This document shows positions 38,747 to 48,808 of a DNA stretch of 64,000 nt, piece after piece. The stretch is taken from IMG/VR virus record IMGVR_UViG_3300025120_010521; one strand, written 5' to 3'. A program made the translations under genes and the position numbers. The first letter of the stretch is position 1. Each line of letters opens with the position of its first letter. Under the pieces are notes generated by a model, which did no database searches, was not told the DNA's origin, and saw only the letters and a list, made by a program, of their open reading frames with translations. The stretch comes from a virus. Lineage: Duplodnaviria > Caudoviricetes.

Positions 38747-39844
38747 TTATATATTTACCTCCTCAAACTGAGCACCAAATGGATCAAATTCTGTACCACA
38801 TTTTACTGAACAAACTTTTAATTTTCCATCGCCACCATTACAAGAAGTTTTTTTCCAACTTGATTTTATGTTATTAAAAAATTCACCTTCTAACACTTTT
38901 TTAAATCCATGTTTTAATACTGACAATTCATCTAGCCCACCTACGTTATCAATGAATCTCCAAATTTGATTTTCACCTGGCTTTTCCCACCACTTGTACA
39001 TTTGTCCTGCTACCCAACAACACGGCATTAAGTGTCCTGTTGCACTAACATAAACGTTCATGTCTTTTAAAACTTTGCAATTAATACTAGCTTTGTCATA
39101 ATAGTTGTTCATTGTTCCATATTTTTCTTTTAAAATATCTTCTTTCTTAAGAGCTTTGTTTACATATTTTTCATCTGGCTTCGTAAGTTTTTGTGTTTCT
39201 TTTCCTTTACGATTTACGCCTTGGTGTTCTTGTTTTCCTTTTGCTTGGACATTACTAAAAAATCTACCTGTTTTTTTACTCATAAACTTTTCAAAACCCA
39301 TAATCTCTGATAATGCTTTTGCTTCTTCTACTTGATGTTGATTATGACCAAATATTAAATAATCCCATCTTGCTCTACCGCCTGCTCCAATAAATGCTTC
39401 AGCTGAATCCATACATATATCCCAATTAACATTTTGTCTATACAGATGATTAGTATCTTTTAATCCATCTAAGCTAAAGATTACATGGCCTTTGCGACCT
39501 ATTACTTTTGCAAGTTCACTCCACCATTCTGGTTTTTTAGCACCAGCATTGGTATTCATACTTAACCATAAATTTGAATTCTGACTACGCAAATATTCCA
39601 TTACTTCCAATGAATCTTTTGCTACTACAGGATCGCCCAAGTTTCCACACATAAACAAACTGTCTAATTGTTTTACTAAATCAGGTTGGAAAATTTGTTT
39701 ACAATCATCTAATGATAATTCATCTAAGTTTATGTTTGGATTTAAATCTCCGCCGTTTATATTACGATCACACTGTAAACAAGCCGCTTGGCATTTTGCT
39801 GTAATTTCTAAATGAACTGTTCTAATATCACTATATGCATACAT
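38747..39844 (-). CDS. Radical SAM protein with C-terminal SPASM-like Cys cluster
   Basis: CQAACLQC; MCGNLGDP; MPCCW. Confidence 0.88.
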   Translation of the reverse strand: MYAYSDIRTVHLEITAKCQAACLQCDRNINGGDLNPNINLDELSLDDCKQIFQPDLVKQLDSLFMCGNLGDPVVAKDSLEVMEYLRSQNSNLWLSMNTNAGAKKPEWWSELAKVIGRKGHVIFSLDGLKDTNHLYRQNVNWDICMDSAEAFIGAGGRARWDYLIFGHNQHQVEEAKALSEIMGFEKFMSKKTGRFFSNVQAKGKQEHQGVNRKGKETQKLTKPDEKYVNKALKKEDILKEKYGTMNNYYDKASINCKVLKDMNVYVSATGHLMPCCWVAGQMYKWWEKPGENQIWRFIDNVGGLDELSVLKHGFKKVLEGEFFNNIKSSWKKTSCNGGDGKLKVCSVKCGTEFDPFGAQFEEVNI

Positions 39845-39845
39845 C

Positions 39846-40841
39846 TTACTTGATTCCTATTATCATGTATCTTGTATACTTACCAAGAACCAGTTCACCT
39901 CCATAAAGATGTGTTGTCATAGGAGCAATTGATTTAAAATGATCAACGTTATCTACACAATTAATATGTTCTGGTAGTTCTTTGTAGTCATTTGATTGTA
40001 AAATACACAATTTTCCGTTAGGAATATTATTCCACCATTCACTCCAATTCTCAATATGCTCACAACTTGTATTAATAATTGTATTTGGTTTATCAAAAAG
40101 TTCACGTGCTGTACCGTTTGATCTTAATGTTGTATATTGGTATTCATTAAAATTAATTTTATGTATATCTTGTGTAGTTGCTTTAAATTTCCATTCATCC
40201 ATTACCCATGGTTTGTTAATAGATTCTGCAATTCTCCAACAAGACTCATCTATATCAAAACTTCTTATCTTATCTAAATGTACTTTTTTAGATTCAAATA
40301 GCATAGTTGCTAATGTACCATACCAACCTGCACACAAAAATACAGTACCTAAATGCATACCAATTTTTTCAACTTCAGATACCAACCATTTTTTACTATG
40401 CAATTGCCCTCTAGCAAATGCATCTTTTATATCACTTTTAGGAAAGTTTCTTAAAGTTTTTATTAATGTATCTAGTGTTTCACTTTTAACAAATAATGAT
40501 AATGTTCTTCTTAATACTTCAATATCATCACCTTTGTTAATAACTGAGTTGCGAATTAGATCAATGTTTTCGTTTCCATCAATTGCTTGTATTACTCTAA
40601 ATATTGAATGTATATTTTTTTCTAAAACTGCTTTACGAAGTTCATTGAACAAATGTCGTGTTTTTGTATTTGTGCCAATCAAACGAAATATACTTGATAA
40701 ATCTTGATCCAAGACTGCTCTTCTTAGATCTTTTAATTCATCTACATTGTCATACAATAATTCAAATCTATCTAATAACTCGTATGTCTCTAGATGAGAT
40801 TTGGATTTTGTTGAACTGTTGTTCGAGCCATCCAAAGTCAT
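39846..40841 (-). CDS. Class I SAM-dependent methyltransferase-like protein
   Basis: VFLCAGWYG, IRSFDID, INTSCEH. Confidence 0.55.
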   Translation of the reverse strand: MTLDGSNNSSTKSKSHLETYELLDRFELLYDNVDELKDLRRAVLDQDLSSIFRLIGTNTKTRHLFNELRKAVLEKNIHSIFRVIQAIDGNENIDLIRNSVINKGDDIEVLRRTLSLFVKSETLDTLIKTLRNFPKSDIKDAFARGQLHSKKWLVSEVEKIGMHLGTVFLCAGWYGTLATMLFESKKVHLDKIRSFDIDESCWRIAESINKPWVMDEWKFKATTQDIHKINFNEYQYTTLRSNGTARELFDKPNTIINTSCEHIENWSEWWNNIPNGKLCILQSNDYKELPEHINCVDNVDHFKSIAPMTTHLYGGELVLGKYTRYMIIGIK

Positions 40842-41499
40842 TTATCTTGCTTAATGCCTCCATGTTGTTTTTGTTTGCTTCACCATATTCTCTACCAGCA
40901 ATTGCACCTGCTATAGCAAATTCGCCAAATCCTCTATCGCCGCCAACACTACACCATATATTTAAACGTTGTTCGGTTTCAGCATCTTTTTGTTTATCAA
41001 TAACTTTACTTGCAAGTTTAGTACATTCTCTAAATGCTGATTTAAATGTGTTAAAAGGATCAGTATTAAATGCTGTAATATTACTTATCGATGGCATAGC
41101 TTTAAAGGCACCTTTTTGTCCTTCTTTGTTTGCAACTGATGTTGTAAAATCAATTCGCCAATCATTAGCTTCACGCAACGCCTGAGTTGGAAATAATTTA
41201 ACTCCGCCATATCCGTATACTAGATCGTTTATAGGATTTTTACATCTCCAAACATGTACACAATGCTCATCCCATGAGCTAGGTTTAAATGAAAAATCAA
41301 AGTCTTCGTTAAGTTCAGCATCGGCATCGACTACATAAAAACTTTTAGTATATGCCAATTCTGCACATTTTTTGTGTGCTTCAAATATTCCTTTTACACC
41401 TTGTACTCTACGAGCATAGGGAAACTTACTAATAAGTTTTTCCCATGTTTGTTCAGCATAGGGTTCTTTGTAACTTAAATGAAATATATCTAATGCCAT
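40768..41499 (-). CDS. GT-A glycosyltransferase-like protein
   Basis: VKGIFEAHKKCA; YVVDAD (DxD); YGYGGVKL. Confidence 0.65.
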   Translation of the reverse strand: MALDIFHLSYKEPYAEQTWEKLISKFPYARRVQGVKGIFEAHKKCAELAYTKSFYVVDADAELNEDFDFSFKPSSWDEHCVHVWRCKNPINDLVYGYGGVKLFPTQALREANDWRIDFTTSVANKEGQKGAFKAMPSISNITAFNTDPFNTFKSAFRECTKLASKVIDKQKDAETEQRLNIWCSVGGDRGFGEFAIAGAIAGREYGEANKNNMEALSKINDFGWLEQQFNKIQISSRDIRVIR

Positions 41500-41505
41500 G
41501 TGTTT

Positions 41506-41534
41506 ATTATACTTGTTTTATTTAAAATAATCAA
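41506..41534 (-). promoter_or_regulatory. Sigma70 promoter, leaderless
   Basis: TTGATT-17-TATAAT, 6 nt to ATG. Confidence 0.65.
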
Positions 41535-41718
41535 GAGGAAATGAATAAATTCCTAGTGTTTGGATATCTGGATATCTTAATTTTACAATAACATATTGTT
41601 CATCAGTTACTGCAACAATACTATCTGCGTGATTAGGAATATAAGTTCTTGGAATTGTTTTATCTTGTGAAAACTTTTCATGTCGATCGTAGTCTTCGTA
41701 TCCAACTAACGTGTACAC
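41518..41718 (-). CDS. Hypothetical protein
   Basis: ORF track. Confidence 0.55.
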   Translation of the reverse strand: MYTLVGYEDYDRHEKFSQDKTIPRTYIPNHADSIVAVTDEQYVIVKLRYPDIQTLGIYSFPLDYFK

Positions 41719-42326
41719 TACCTGCTTTCAACAATTTTATCAATTAGGCCAAACTCTAATGCTTGATCCGGATTCATGTAATTATCACGTTCCATTGCAT
41801 CTTCGACTGTTTTAAGATCTTTACCACAGTGTTTTACATACAGGTTATTTAATCTTTTCTTTGTATCTAAGATATCTTTTGCATGTATTTCAATATCTGT
41901 TGCTTGTCCTTGAAATCCTGCTGATGGCTGATGTATCATTATTTTTGAATTTGGTAATGATATCCTTTTACCAGGTGCTCCTGCCATTAGTAACAATGAC
42001 CCTGCACTTGCAGATAAACCAATACTTACTGTTGATATATCAGGTTTTACATATTGCATAGTATCATACATTGCCAACCCTGCTGTTACCGAACCGCCTG
42101 GCGAATTGATATACATGTAAATGTCTTTATCTTTAGAATCTGATTCTAAAAATAATAATTGGGCACAAACTAAACTTGATGTTGCATCATCAATTGGGCC
42201 AGTTATAAAAATAATTCTTTCTTTAAGTAAACGTGAAAAAATATCGTAACTTCTTTCACCTCTTGACGATTGTTCAACAACCATTGGTACTAGATTCATA
42301 TTCATCTCCTTAGACATTAAATTCAA
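41718..42326 (-). CDS. clpP: ATP-dependent Clp protease proteolytic subunit (true start probably MNLVPM, 42299)
   Basis: [36 protein letters not shown]. Confidence 0.96.
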   Translation of the reverse strand: MNLMSKEMNMNLVPMVVEQSSRGERSYDIFSRLLKERIIFITGPIDDATSSLVCAQLLFLESDSKDKDIYMYINSPGGSVTAGLAMYDTMQYVKPDISTVSIGLSASAGSLLLMAGAPGKRISLPNSKIMIHQPSAGFQGQATDIEIHAKDILDTKKRLNNLYVKHCGKDLKTVEDAMERDNYMNPDQALEFGLIDKIVESR

Positions 42327-43806
42327 CTCCTTGTGCCAATGGCAAGTCTGTTGAGTAGTTTACAGTTACCGTACTTCTACGCATGTATTGTTTCCATGCA
42401 TCAGAACCACTTTCTCTTCCACCTCCAGTGTGTTTTTCACCACCAAAGGCACCGCCAATTTCAGCCCCACTAGGACCAATATTAACATTTACAATACCAC
42501 AATCAGATCCATTTGCTCCAATAAACAATTCCGCTTCTTGTAAATCTTTTGTAAAGATACAACTGCTTAAACCTTGTGGTACATTATTGTTAATTGCTAT
42601 TGCTTCTGCTAGTTCATCATATGGTATGATATAAAGCAAAGGTGCAAAAGTTTCTGTTTTTGTAATTTCTTCTGCTTTAGTTAATTCAACTATTGCTGGT
42701 GTTACATATACACCATCACGTTCTAATTTTGTTCCGCCAGTAACAGTTCCAATACCTTGTTGCTCACATTGTGCTATTGTTTCTTTCATATTTTCATATG
42801 CTTGTTCACTAACTAACGGTCCCACTAGTGTGTTGCTGTCTAAAGGATCGCCAACTGTAATTTTTGCATAATATTTTTTAAGAATTTTTACTAGCTGTTC
42901 ATGTATTGATCTATGCACAATAACTCTACGCAATGTTGTGCATCTTTGTCCTGCTGTTCCTACAGCACTAAACAGTATGCCTCTAATTGCTAATTTCATA
43001 TCTGCATTTGGTGTAACTATCATTGCATTGTTACCACCAAGTTCCATTAATACTCTGCCAAATCTTTCAGTAACTTGTTTACCTAGTGCTTGACCCATTT
43101 CTGTTGACCCTGTTAATGAAACAAGATTAATATGTTTGTCTTGTGCTAACCATTCTGCATGTTCGTTTTTACCTATAACAAGTTCTAATATATTTTGTGC
43201 TTGAGCTATACCAGAACGTTCTACTGCTTTTTTAAATATTGCCTCACAAGCAAAAGATACTAAAGGTGTTTTAGGCGATGGTTTCCAAATTGTTGTATTA
43301 CCGCAAACTGTTGCAATAGCAAAGTTCCAACTCCATACTGCTACAGGAAAATTAAATGCTGAAACTACTCCAACAACTCCTAACGGATTCCACATTTCTT
43401 GCATACGGTGACCAGGTCTTTCACTTGGCATTGTTAGTCCGTATAACTGTCTTGATAAACCAACTGCAAAATCACAGATATCAATCATTTCTTGAACTTC
43501 ACCTAAACCTTCTTGAAATATTTTACCATTTTCAATAGTAACTAATCTTCCAAGCTCATTTTTATACTTACGAAGTTCTTCTCCAAATAATCTAATTAAT
43601 TCACCTCTTTGCGGTGCAGGAACTGTTCTCCAATCAATTTGTGCTTGTTTAACATTAAGTACTTTTGCTTCATACTCTTGCCTAGTAGTATGTTTTACTG
43701 TGGCAATTTCAGTAGCATCGATTGGGGATACTACTGATTCACCATTTTGTACTGTATATAAATTTTGATCTACGCCTATAGATTCTAATATCTGTTTTGT
43801 GTTCAT
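42310..43806 (-). CDS. Aldehyde dehydrogenase (ALDH7/aminoadipate-semialdehyde-like)
   Basis: [42 protein letters not shown]. Confidence 0.9.
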   Translation of the reverse strand: MNTKQILESIGVDQNLYTVQNGESVVSPIDATEIATVKHTTRQEYEAKVLNVKQAQIDWRTVPAPQRGELIRLFGEELRKYKNELGRLVTIENGKIFQEGLGEVQEMIDICDFAVGLSRQLYGLTMPSERPGHRMQEMWNPLGVVGVVSAFNFPVAVWSWNFAIATVCGNTTIWKPSPKTPLVSFACEAIFKKAVERSGIAQAQNILELVIGKNEHAEWLAQDKHINLVSLTGSTEMGQALGKQVTERFGRVLMELGGNNAMIVTPNADMKLAIRGILFSAVGTAGQRCTTLRRVIVHRSIHEQLVKILKKYYAKITVGDPLDSNTLVGPLVSEQAYENMKETIAQCEQQGIGTVTGGTKLERDGVYVTPAIVELTKAEEITKTETFAPLLYIIPYDELAEAIAINNNVPQGLSSCIFTKDLQEAELFIGANGSDCGIVNVNIGPSGAEIGGAFGGEKHTGGGRESGSDAWKQYMRRSTVTVNYSTDLPLAQGVEFNV

Positions 43807-43809
43807 AAA

Positions 43810-44028
43810 TTATTTTTCAAAATATTTTTCAATAACTTCAAGTTGATCATGATATTGAGCAATTATCGCCAATTCTTTTTCAATTGCTTCAAGAATGTCT
43901 GGATGTTCTCCAATACCTGCTGAATTTTTAAGATACACTTCAACATTCATTGCATGTTTGGCAATATGTCCTTTTGCGTGTTCTTTAATTGCTTGTATCA
44001 TGTTCTCTCTATTGTACTCGTTTGCCAT
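43810..44028 (-). CDS. Conserved marine-phage hypothetical protein
   Basis: NVEVYL....GIGEHPDILEAIEKEL. Confidence 0.7.
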   Translation of the reverse strand: MANEYNRENMIQAIKEHAKGHIAKHAMNVEVYLKNSAGIGEHPDILEAIEKELAIIAQYHDQLEVIEKYFEK

Positions 44029-44118
44029 TTGCTTTCTCCTATGTAATACTCTCTGTCATTACACCGGACTTGTAAACCCCTAAGGTGCTTACGCCAATGT
44101 CTTATTATACACTATTTA

Positions 44119-44427
44119 TTAGAAAATGCCAAGAGCTAATTTTGCCTCTTCACTCATCATTTCCTGTGAAAACGGAGGGTCAAATGTTGTTTCAATAAAA
44201 CATGAATCAACACCCTCAACAGTTTCGGCCGCATTTTTGATGTCTGCTACAATTTGGTCTGCCGCTGGACAAAAAGCCGATGTTAGTGTATGTGTAACTG
44301 CTACTTTAGGTAGTTCTGATATATCAATGTTATAAATTAGTCCAAGATCATATATATTAATAGATATTTCAGGATCATAACACTGTCTAAGATTTTCTAT
44401 AATTTTTTCTTTTATTGCTTCTGTCAT
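44119..44427 (-). CDS. sufT: Fe-S assembly SufT/DUF59 (MIP18) protein
   Basis: YDPEISINIYDLGLIY; TLTSAFCP; TFDPP. Confidence 0.85.
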   Translation of the reverse strand: MTEAIKEKIIENLRQCYDPEISINIYDLGLIYNIDISELPKVAVTHTLTSAFCPAADQIVADIKNAAETVEGVDSCFIETTFDPPFSQEMMSEEAKLALGIF

Positions 44428-44996
44428 ACTGCTTCAACTGTATGTACTTCGGGTATATAATGTTTTAACATATTTTCAATGCCCATCTTAAGTGTTGCTG
44501 TCGAACTTGGACATCCTGAACAAGCACCATACATTTCTAAATACACAGTTCCTTTATCAAAACTATGAAAAATAATATCGCCACCATCCATTGCTACTGC
44601 TGGTCTAACACGTTCATCAAGTAATTGTGTAATTCTTTTTGTAATTTTATCTGTACCTGCATCATTGTTGATTGTTTCACAAGCAGGTTTTGTTTCTTCA
44701 ATAATAAATGGTTTATCATGGTAGTTCTGAATTTCAGAAATTACTAATGATTTAAGATCTTCCCATTCAACTGTATCAAGTTTTCCTATAGTAATAAAAT
44801 CAGATCCAAAAAATACATCTTGAACTCCTTCAATTTTAAAAAGATTATATGCTAATGGTGATTCTTCTACCGGATTATCTTTAGGATCTTTTTTATAAAA
44901 TAACGGAGACTTAATCCCTCTTATTTCTCTACCTGGTAGAAATTTAAGTGCGTTTGGATTAGGTGTTGGCTCTGTTTGTATCATCATTGTCATCAT
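44424..44996 (-). CDS. nfuA: NifU/NfuA Fe-S carrier
   Basis: QTEPTPNPNALKF; VRPAVAMDGGDI; GACSGCPSS. Confidence 0.9.
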   Translation of the reverse strand: MMTMMIQTEPTPNPNALKFLPGREIRGIKSPLFYKKDPKDNPVEESPLAYNLFKIEGVQDVFFGSDFITIGKLDTVEWEDLKSLVISEIQNYHDKPFIIEETKPACETINNDAGTDKITKRITQLLDERVRPAVAMDGGDIIFHSFDKGTVYLEMYGACSGCPSSTATLKMGIENMLKHYIPEVHTVEAV

Positions 44997-45004
44997 ATAC
45001 CTTT

Positions 45005-45032
45005 ATTATAGCTTATTTAATATTTTTGTCAA
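45005..45032 (-). promoter_or_regulatory. Sigma70 promoter with embedded TAAATA
   Basis: TTGACA-16-TATAAT, 8 nt to ATG. Confidence 0.65.
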
Positions 45033-45035
45033 GTG

Positions 45036-46001
45036 CTACTTTAATTGAGATTCAAATTCTCTTAGACGTTTATATACACTAGCCAATTCAATAATTGTTG
45101 GCCATGCTTTTAAAAGATATTGCATTGAGCCTTCAACTCTTCCAAATGCTCTTATAATTTGTTGCATAACTCCAAGTGTTACTACACCTGCTACAATGGC
45201 TGGTGCTAAAAATACATAAGCAGACAATACGTTTGCTTGTAAGTATGCCATACGTCCTACATTAAAGTATAGATATCGTATATAACTTAAAAAATGAATA
45301 CTACGAACATCTGCAAATAGTTCATCGATTCTTTTTGGTCTTACATTACCATCATCTTCTGCGATAACTAATATTTTTCTATAGGCCGCTTCTTTCTTTT
45401 GTAAGTCATATTCTACGCCTACTAGTCTAAGTATCCATCCTAGTCCTATTAAGAATGCAGTACCACCAAGTGTCCAAACTAATGCACCAGTAATTAAACC
45501 GTATTGCCAATCACCAAAAAAGAAAATTGGTATACCAACTGATAAACCTAATAAGATAGGAACAAATTGAATTAGAACCATTACTGATTCAATAAAACTT
45601 GTGCCTAAGCCTTCCATAATTCTTGTAAACTTAATTGTGTCTTCTTGTACCCTTTGTGACGCACCTTCTATATTTCTTGCTTTATCATAAACACTATGAT
45701 ACCACTCTACCATTGCTGTACGCCATCTAAATAAAAAGTGTGCTGTAAAAAAACTAATTGCAACGTACAACGCAATATAAATTCCTGCTAGTGTAATAAA
45801 TGATAATAGACTTGCAAAATATTCTTCTATTGTAACTGCATTAGGAGTAGCAAGTGCTTTTTGTATCATGTCATAAAATACACCAAACCATTCATTTATT
45901 TTTACATCTATTTTAACTTGTACCCAAAGTGAAGAAAGAATGATTGCTGAGCCAAGCCATGCCCACAATAACCACTTTCTGATTGTAAAGAATTTAAACA
46001 T
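45036..46001 (-). CDS. sbmA: SbmA/BacA-like inner-membrane peptide transporter
   Basis: INEWFGVFYDMIQ; FRWRTAM; IEGASQRVQEDT; ELASVYKRLREFE. Confidence 0.85.
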   Translation of the reverse strand: MFKFFTIRKWLLWAWLGSAIILSSLWVQVKIDVKINEWFGVFYDMIQKALATPNAVTIEEYFASLLSFITLAGIYIALYVAISFFTAHFLFRWRTAMVEWYHSVYDKARNIEGASQRVQEDTIKFTRIMEGLGTSFIESVMVLIQFVPILLGLSVGIPIFFFGDWQYGLITGALVWTLGGTAFLIGLGWILRLVGVEYDLQKKEAAYRKILVIAEDDGNVRPKRIDELFADVRSIHFLSYIRYLYFNVGRMAYLQANVLSAYVFLAPAIVAGVVTLGVMQQIIRAFGRVEGSMQYLLKAWPTIIELASVYKRLREFESQLK

Positions 46002-46004
46002 TGA

Positions 46005-46316
46005 TTAAACTTTTTCTATTGTGCAGTTTAAAGGATGTCCTTGTGACCTTGCCTGTGCTGTAGTTTCAATTGCTTTTTGCTCTGCAATTTCATGTGAGTA
46101 TGTACCTGCTATGCCTTTACCATCTTCATGTATTTTTAACATAACAGCTTCTGCATCTTGTGGTGATTTTCTAAAGATTGTTTTAAGGATTTCTGTAACA
46201 AAGTCCATAGGAGTATAATCGTCGTTTAGTAAGTACACATGGTATAAACTTGGTTCAGTAATTGTAGTTTGTGTACTTGTTGAAGCTTGTACGTTTGCAT
46301 TTCCTTGTTCTGTCAT
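46005..46316 (-). CDS. clpS: ClpS N-degron adaptor
   Basis: YHVYLLNDDYTPMDFV; MLKIHEDGKGIAG; HPL. Confidence 0.93.
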   Translation of the reverse strand: MTEQGNANVQASTSTQTTITEPSLYHVYLLNDDYTPMDFVTEILKTIFRKSPQDAEAVMLKIHEDGKGIAGTYSHEIAEQKAIETTAQARSQGHPLNCTIEKV

Positions 46317-46327
46317 TACTTTTCCTT

Positions 46328-46897
46328 TTATTGTATATTTTTTTCTAATATTATAGCATCTGGCAAAATGTAAGGAATAAACTCTTGTCTATCTTCTCTT
46401 TGATTTCCAGTATGTGTTTCCATTTGTTCTTTGCCCTCATCTTCTTTTATTAAAGTGATTGGCATTGGTTGTCCTTTTCTCATCTCTTCCATTTTTGCAA
46501 CTTGTTCATGCATTTCTCTATTGTATTGTATAACATAAACACGTGGTTGTCTACCATTAATTGCATGTGCTACAATATCTACCCATGATTTTCCTTCTAC
46601 ACCTTTATTATTGTCAATTAACCAAAGATAAATTGCTCCGGAACCTGGCTTTTTTATTTCAGGTTCTTCAACATGAGACCCAATCATAATATATTTTTCA
46701 TTATCTGGCCATTGGTGATATGGATATCCATACATAGTTTTTAATCCAATCCATGCACTAAGAATTGAAAATAATATTATTGTTGTTAATAAAGCCTTTA
46801 AATACCATTTTGTACCAGTTGATGCAATAAAAATCCAAAGTACAGTTGCACCAATCATCATTAAAAGTAAAACTAAAAATACATGTCCTTGTATCAT
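46328..46897 (-). CDS. Membrane protein, third gene of the MotA/ExbB-like module
   Basis: Two N-terminal TM helices; GAIYLW...PRVY. Confidence 0.65.
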   Translation of the reverse strand: MIQGHVFLVLLLMMIGATVLWIFIASTGTKWYLKALLTTIILFSILSAWIGLKTMYGYPYHQWPDNEKYIMIGSHVEEPEIKKPGSGAIYLWLIDNNKGVEGKSWVDIVAHAINGRQPRVYVIQYNREMHEQVAKMEEMRKGQPMPITLIKEDEGKEQMETHTGNQREDRQEFIPYILPDAIILEKNIQ

Positions 46898-46898
46898 T

Positions 46899-47579
46899 CT
46901 ATAATCCTCCAGGTGCCCATGAAACTCCAGAACTTGTTGATGATTCTTCTTCTACTCTTCCAACTATTCCATAAGTTAAAGTGTTGAAATTATCTACAGA
47001 CCCATCTTCGTTTACTGTAAATCTTACAACCGTTGTTTCTTCACCTTTTCTTCCTAAAAATACTTCTCTTGCATATACAACATTATATGGGTTTATTTTT
47101 TCAACTTGTACTTGAATTGGTAACGGCACATAATTTTTTTCACCTATTTGCTCTACAGCAATTTTTTTGTTATACCAATGTACATTAACAATATATTCTC
47201 CTGGTATAATACCTCTTATTGTAACCATTTCTTCATTACGATAAACTACAATTGGTTTACCTTTAGGATCATAAACTGTATCATTTGATGTACCTAAATC
47301 ATCTCTGTTTAAACTCATTAAACCAACATCTTTTGATTTGAACCCTACATAGTTACCTAGTGGATCTCTCATCCATAAGTCAACATCAGAAGGTGAATCT
47401 TCTGGCCAATGTATCTTAACAATAAATTCTGCAACTACTTCTACGTTTGATTTTTTTGCTACAGGATTAATTAAAATAAATGCCATTACAAATAAAAATA
47501 CGAATCCAACAAGTGTGTTAAATAACAAATCAATAAAAGCTACTTGTGAACCGTAACTACGATGACGATTGGTTGCCAT
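46899..47579 (-). CDS. MotB/ExbD-like single-TM partner with extracytoplasmic domain
   Basis: AFIDLLFN (TM Asp); SDVDLWMRDP. Confidence 0.6.
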   Translation of the reverse strand: MATNRHRSYGSQVAFIDLLFNTLVGFVFLFVMAFILINPVAKKSNVEVVAEFIVKIHWPEDSPSDVDLWMRDPLGNYVGFKSKDVGLMSLNRDDLGTSNDTVYDPKGKPIVVYRNEEMVTIRGIIPGEYIVNVHWYNKKIAVEQIGEKNYVPLPIQVQVEKINPYNVVYAREVFLGRKGEETTVVRFTVNEDGSVDNFNTLTYGIVGRVEEESSTSSGVSWAPGGL

Positions 47580-47581
47580 TT

Positions 47582-48145
47582 TTAGTTACCTTTCTGCTCT
47601 ACAACTCGCTCAACTAATCTTTCTGCTTGTAATGTTCTGTAACGTTCAAGATCTTGATCTAATCTAAAGTATTGAACTTTAAGAATTGTACTTGTAATTA
47701 AACCAGTCAGTGTTGTATATAGTGCAGTGGACATGCCAACTGCCATACTTGCCAATGCAGTTTGTACTGATGAAACGTTTGCAATGTTAATTCCTGTGAA
47801 AGCGCCTGCCAACATAAGAATAAAACCTGCTACTGTTCCTATCAAACCAAGTGTTAATAATACATCTGATGCAAACCAACCTGGTTCGTGTCTTGTATCT
47901 AAATTTTCTAATTTGTGTAACTCGCCATTTGCAAGTTGACTTAACTTCCAACTTTCGTAACCACAATGTAATGTCATTGAATAAAAAATGAAAAGAATAA
48001 AGAAAGATAATTTAGTTTTGTCATTATTCCATAAGTCTTCGTGTACACCAAAACCAGCCAATACAACTGTTAGTGCTATTATAAGTGTAAAAAACCACCA
48101 CCATTTAAGGAAGATACTATGTTTTTTTAGTTTTGTAAGTGCCAT
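47582..48145 (-). CDS. MotA/TolQ/ExbB proton-channel family protein
   Basis: LGLIGTVAGF...GMSTALYTTLTGL. Confidence 0.8.
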   Translation of the reverse strand: MALTKLKKHSIFLKWWWFFTLIIALTVVLAGFGVHEDLWNNDKTKLSFFILFIFYSMTLHCGYESWKLSQLANGELHKLENLDTRHEPGWFASDVLLTLGLIGTVAGFILMLAGAFTGINIANVSSVQTALASMAVGMSTALYTTLTGLITSTILKVQYFRLDQDLERYRTLQAERLVERVVEQKGN

Positions 48146-48186
48146 GAAATTGTTTCCTTAATATATAGTTATTTATCGTATTCAAA

Positions 48187-48216
48187 CGAAACCCCGGCTA
48201 TGTTTTGCCAGGGCTC
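48187..48216 (-). terminator. Terminator after hsp20
   Basis: GGAGCCCTGGC...GCCGGGGTTTC stem, then GTTT. Confidence 0.55.
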
Positions 48217-48241
48217 CGCATAAAGTATTATGTTTTTAAAG

Positions 48242-48682
48242 TTACTTAATATCAATAGTTTTTGGCTTTTTGCTTTCTGGAATAATTCTTTCCAGTGACA
48301 CACGAAGCAAACCATCTTTAAGTTCAGCACCTTTTACTTCTACATCATCTGCAATCGTAAATGCTTTTGTAAATTGTCTTTTAGAGATTCCTTTATGGAT
48401 AACTCCGTCAGTAGACTCTTTATCTTCATCAGATTTTACAGATTTAATAGTAAGTGTATTTTCAGCATACTCTACATTGATGTCTTTTTTGCCAAATCCA
48501 GCAAGTGCGACTTCTATATCGTAGGTATTATCACCTGTCCTTACAATATTGTAAGGTGGGTAATTTGTCATAGGTGCTGTGAAAACGTCTCCATCAAACA
48601 TTGATTCAAAATGATTGAAAACTTCATCAAACCCAATAGTTACAGGACGTAACTGATTAAAAATAGATAGATTTCTTGTCAT
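48242..48682 (-). CDS. ibpA: Small heat-shock protein Hsp20 (IbpA-like)
   Basis: NYPPYNI, IEVALAGF, HKGISKRQF, GLLRV, PKTIDI. Confidence 0.95.
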   Translation of the reverse strand: MTRNLSIFNQLRPVTIGFDEVFNHFESMFDGDVFTAPMTNYPPYNIVRTGDNTYDIEVALAGFGKKDINVEYAENTLTIKSVKSDEDKESTDGVIHKGISKRQFTKAFTIADDVEVKGAELKDGLLRVSLERIIPESKKPKTIDIK

Positions 48683-48742
48683 AATAACTCCTCCTTTTAA
48701 GCAAGTTGTTTTAATGTAGATCCTATCAAAGCAATCTACATT
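48683..48742 (-). promoter_or_regulatory. ROSE-like RNA thermometer candidate
   Basis: AUGUAGAU/AUCUACAU stem enclosing UUGCU..AGGA; second UUGCU-UAAA-AGGAG covering the SD. Confidence 0.5.
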
Positions 48743-48808
48743 TATATTTATACAGTTTACTGTATATATATTATATAAGCATGAATTTTAAAAAGTCAAG
48801 AGTCTAAT

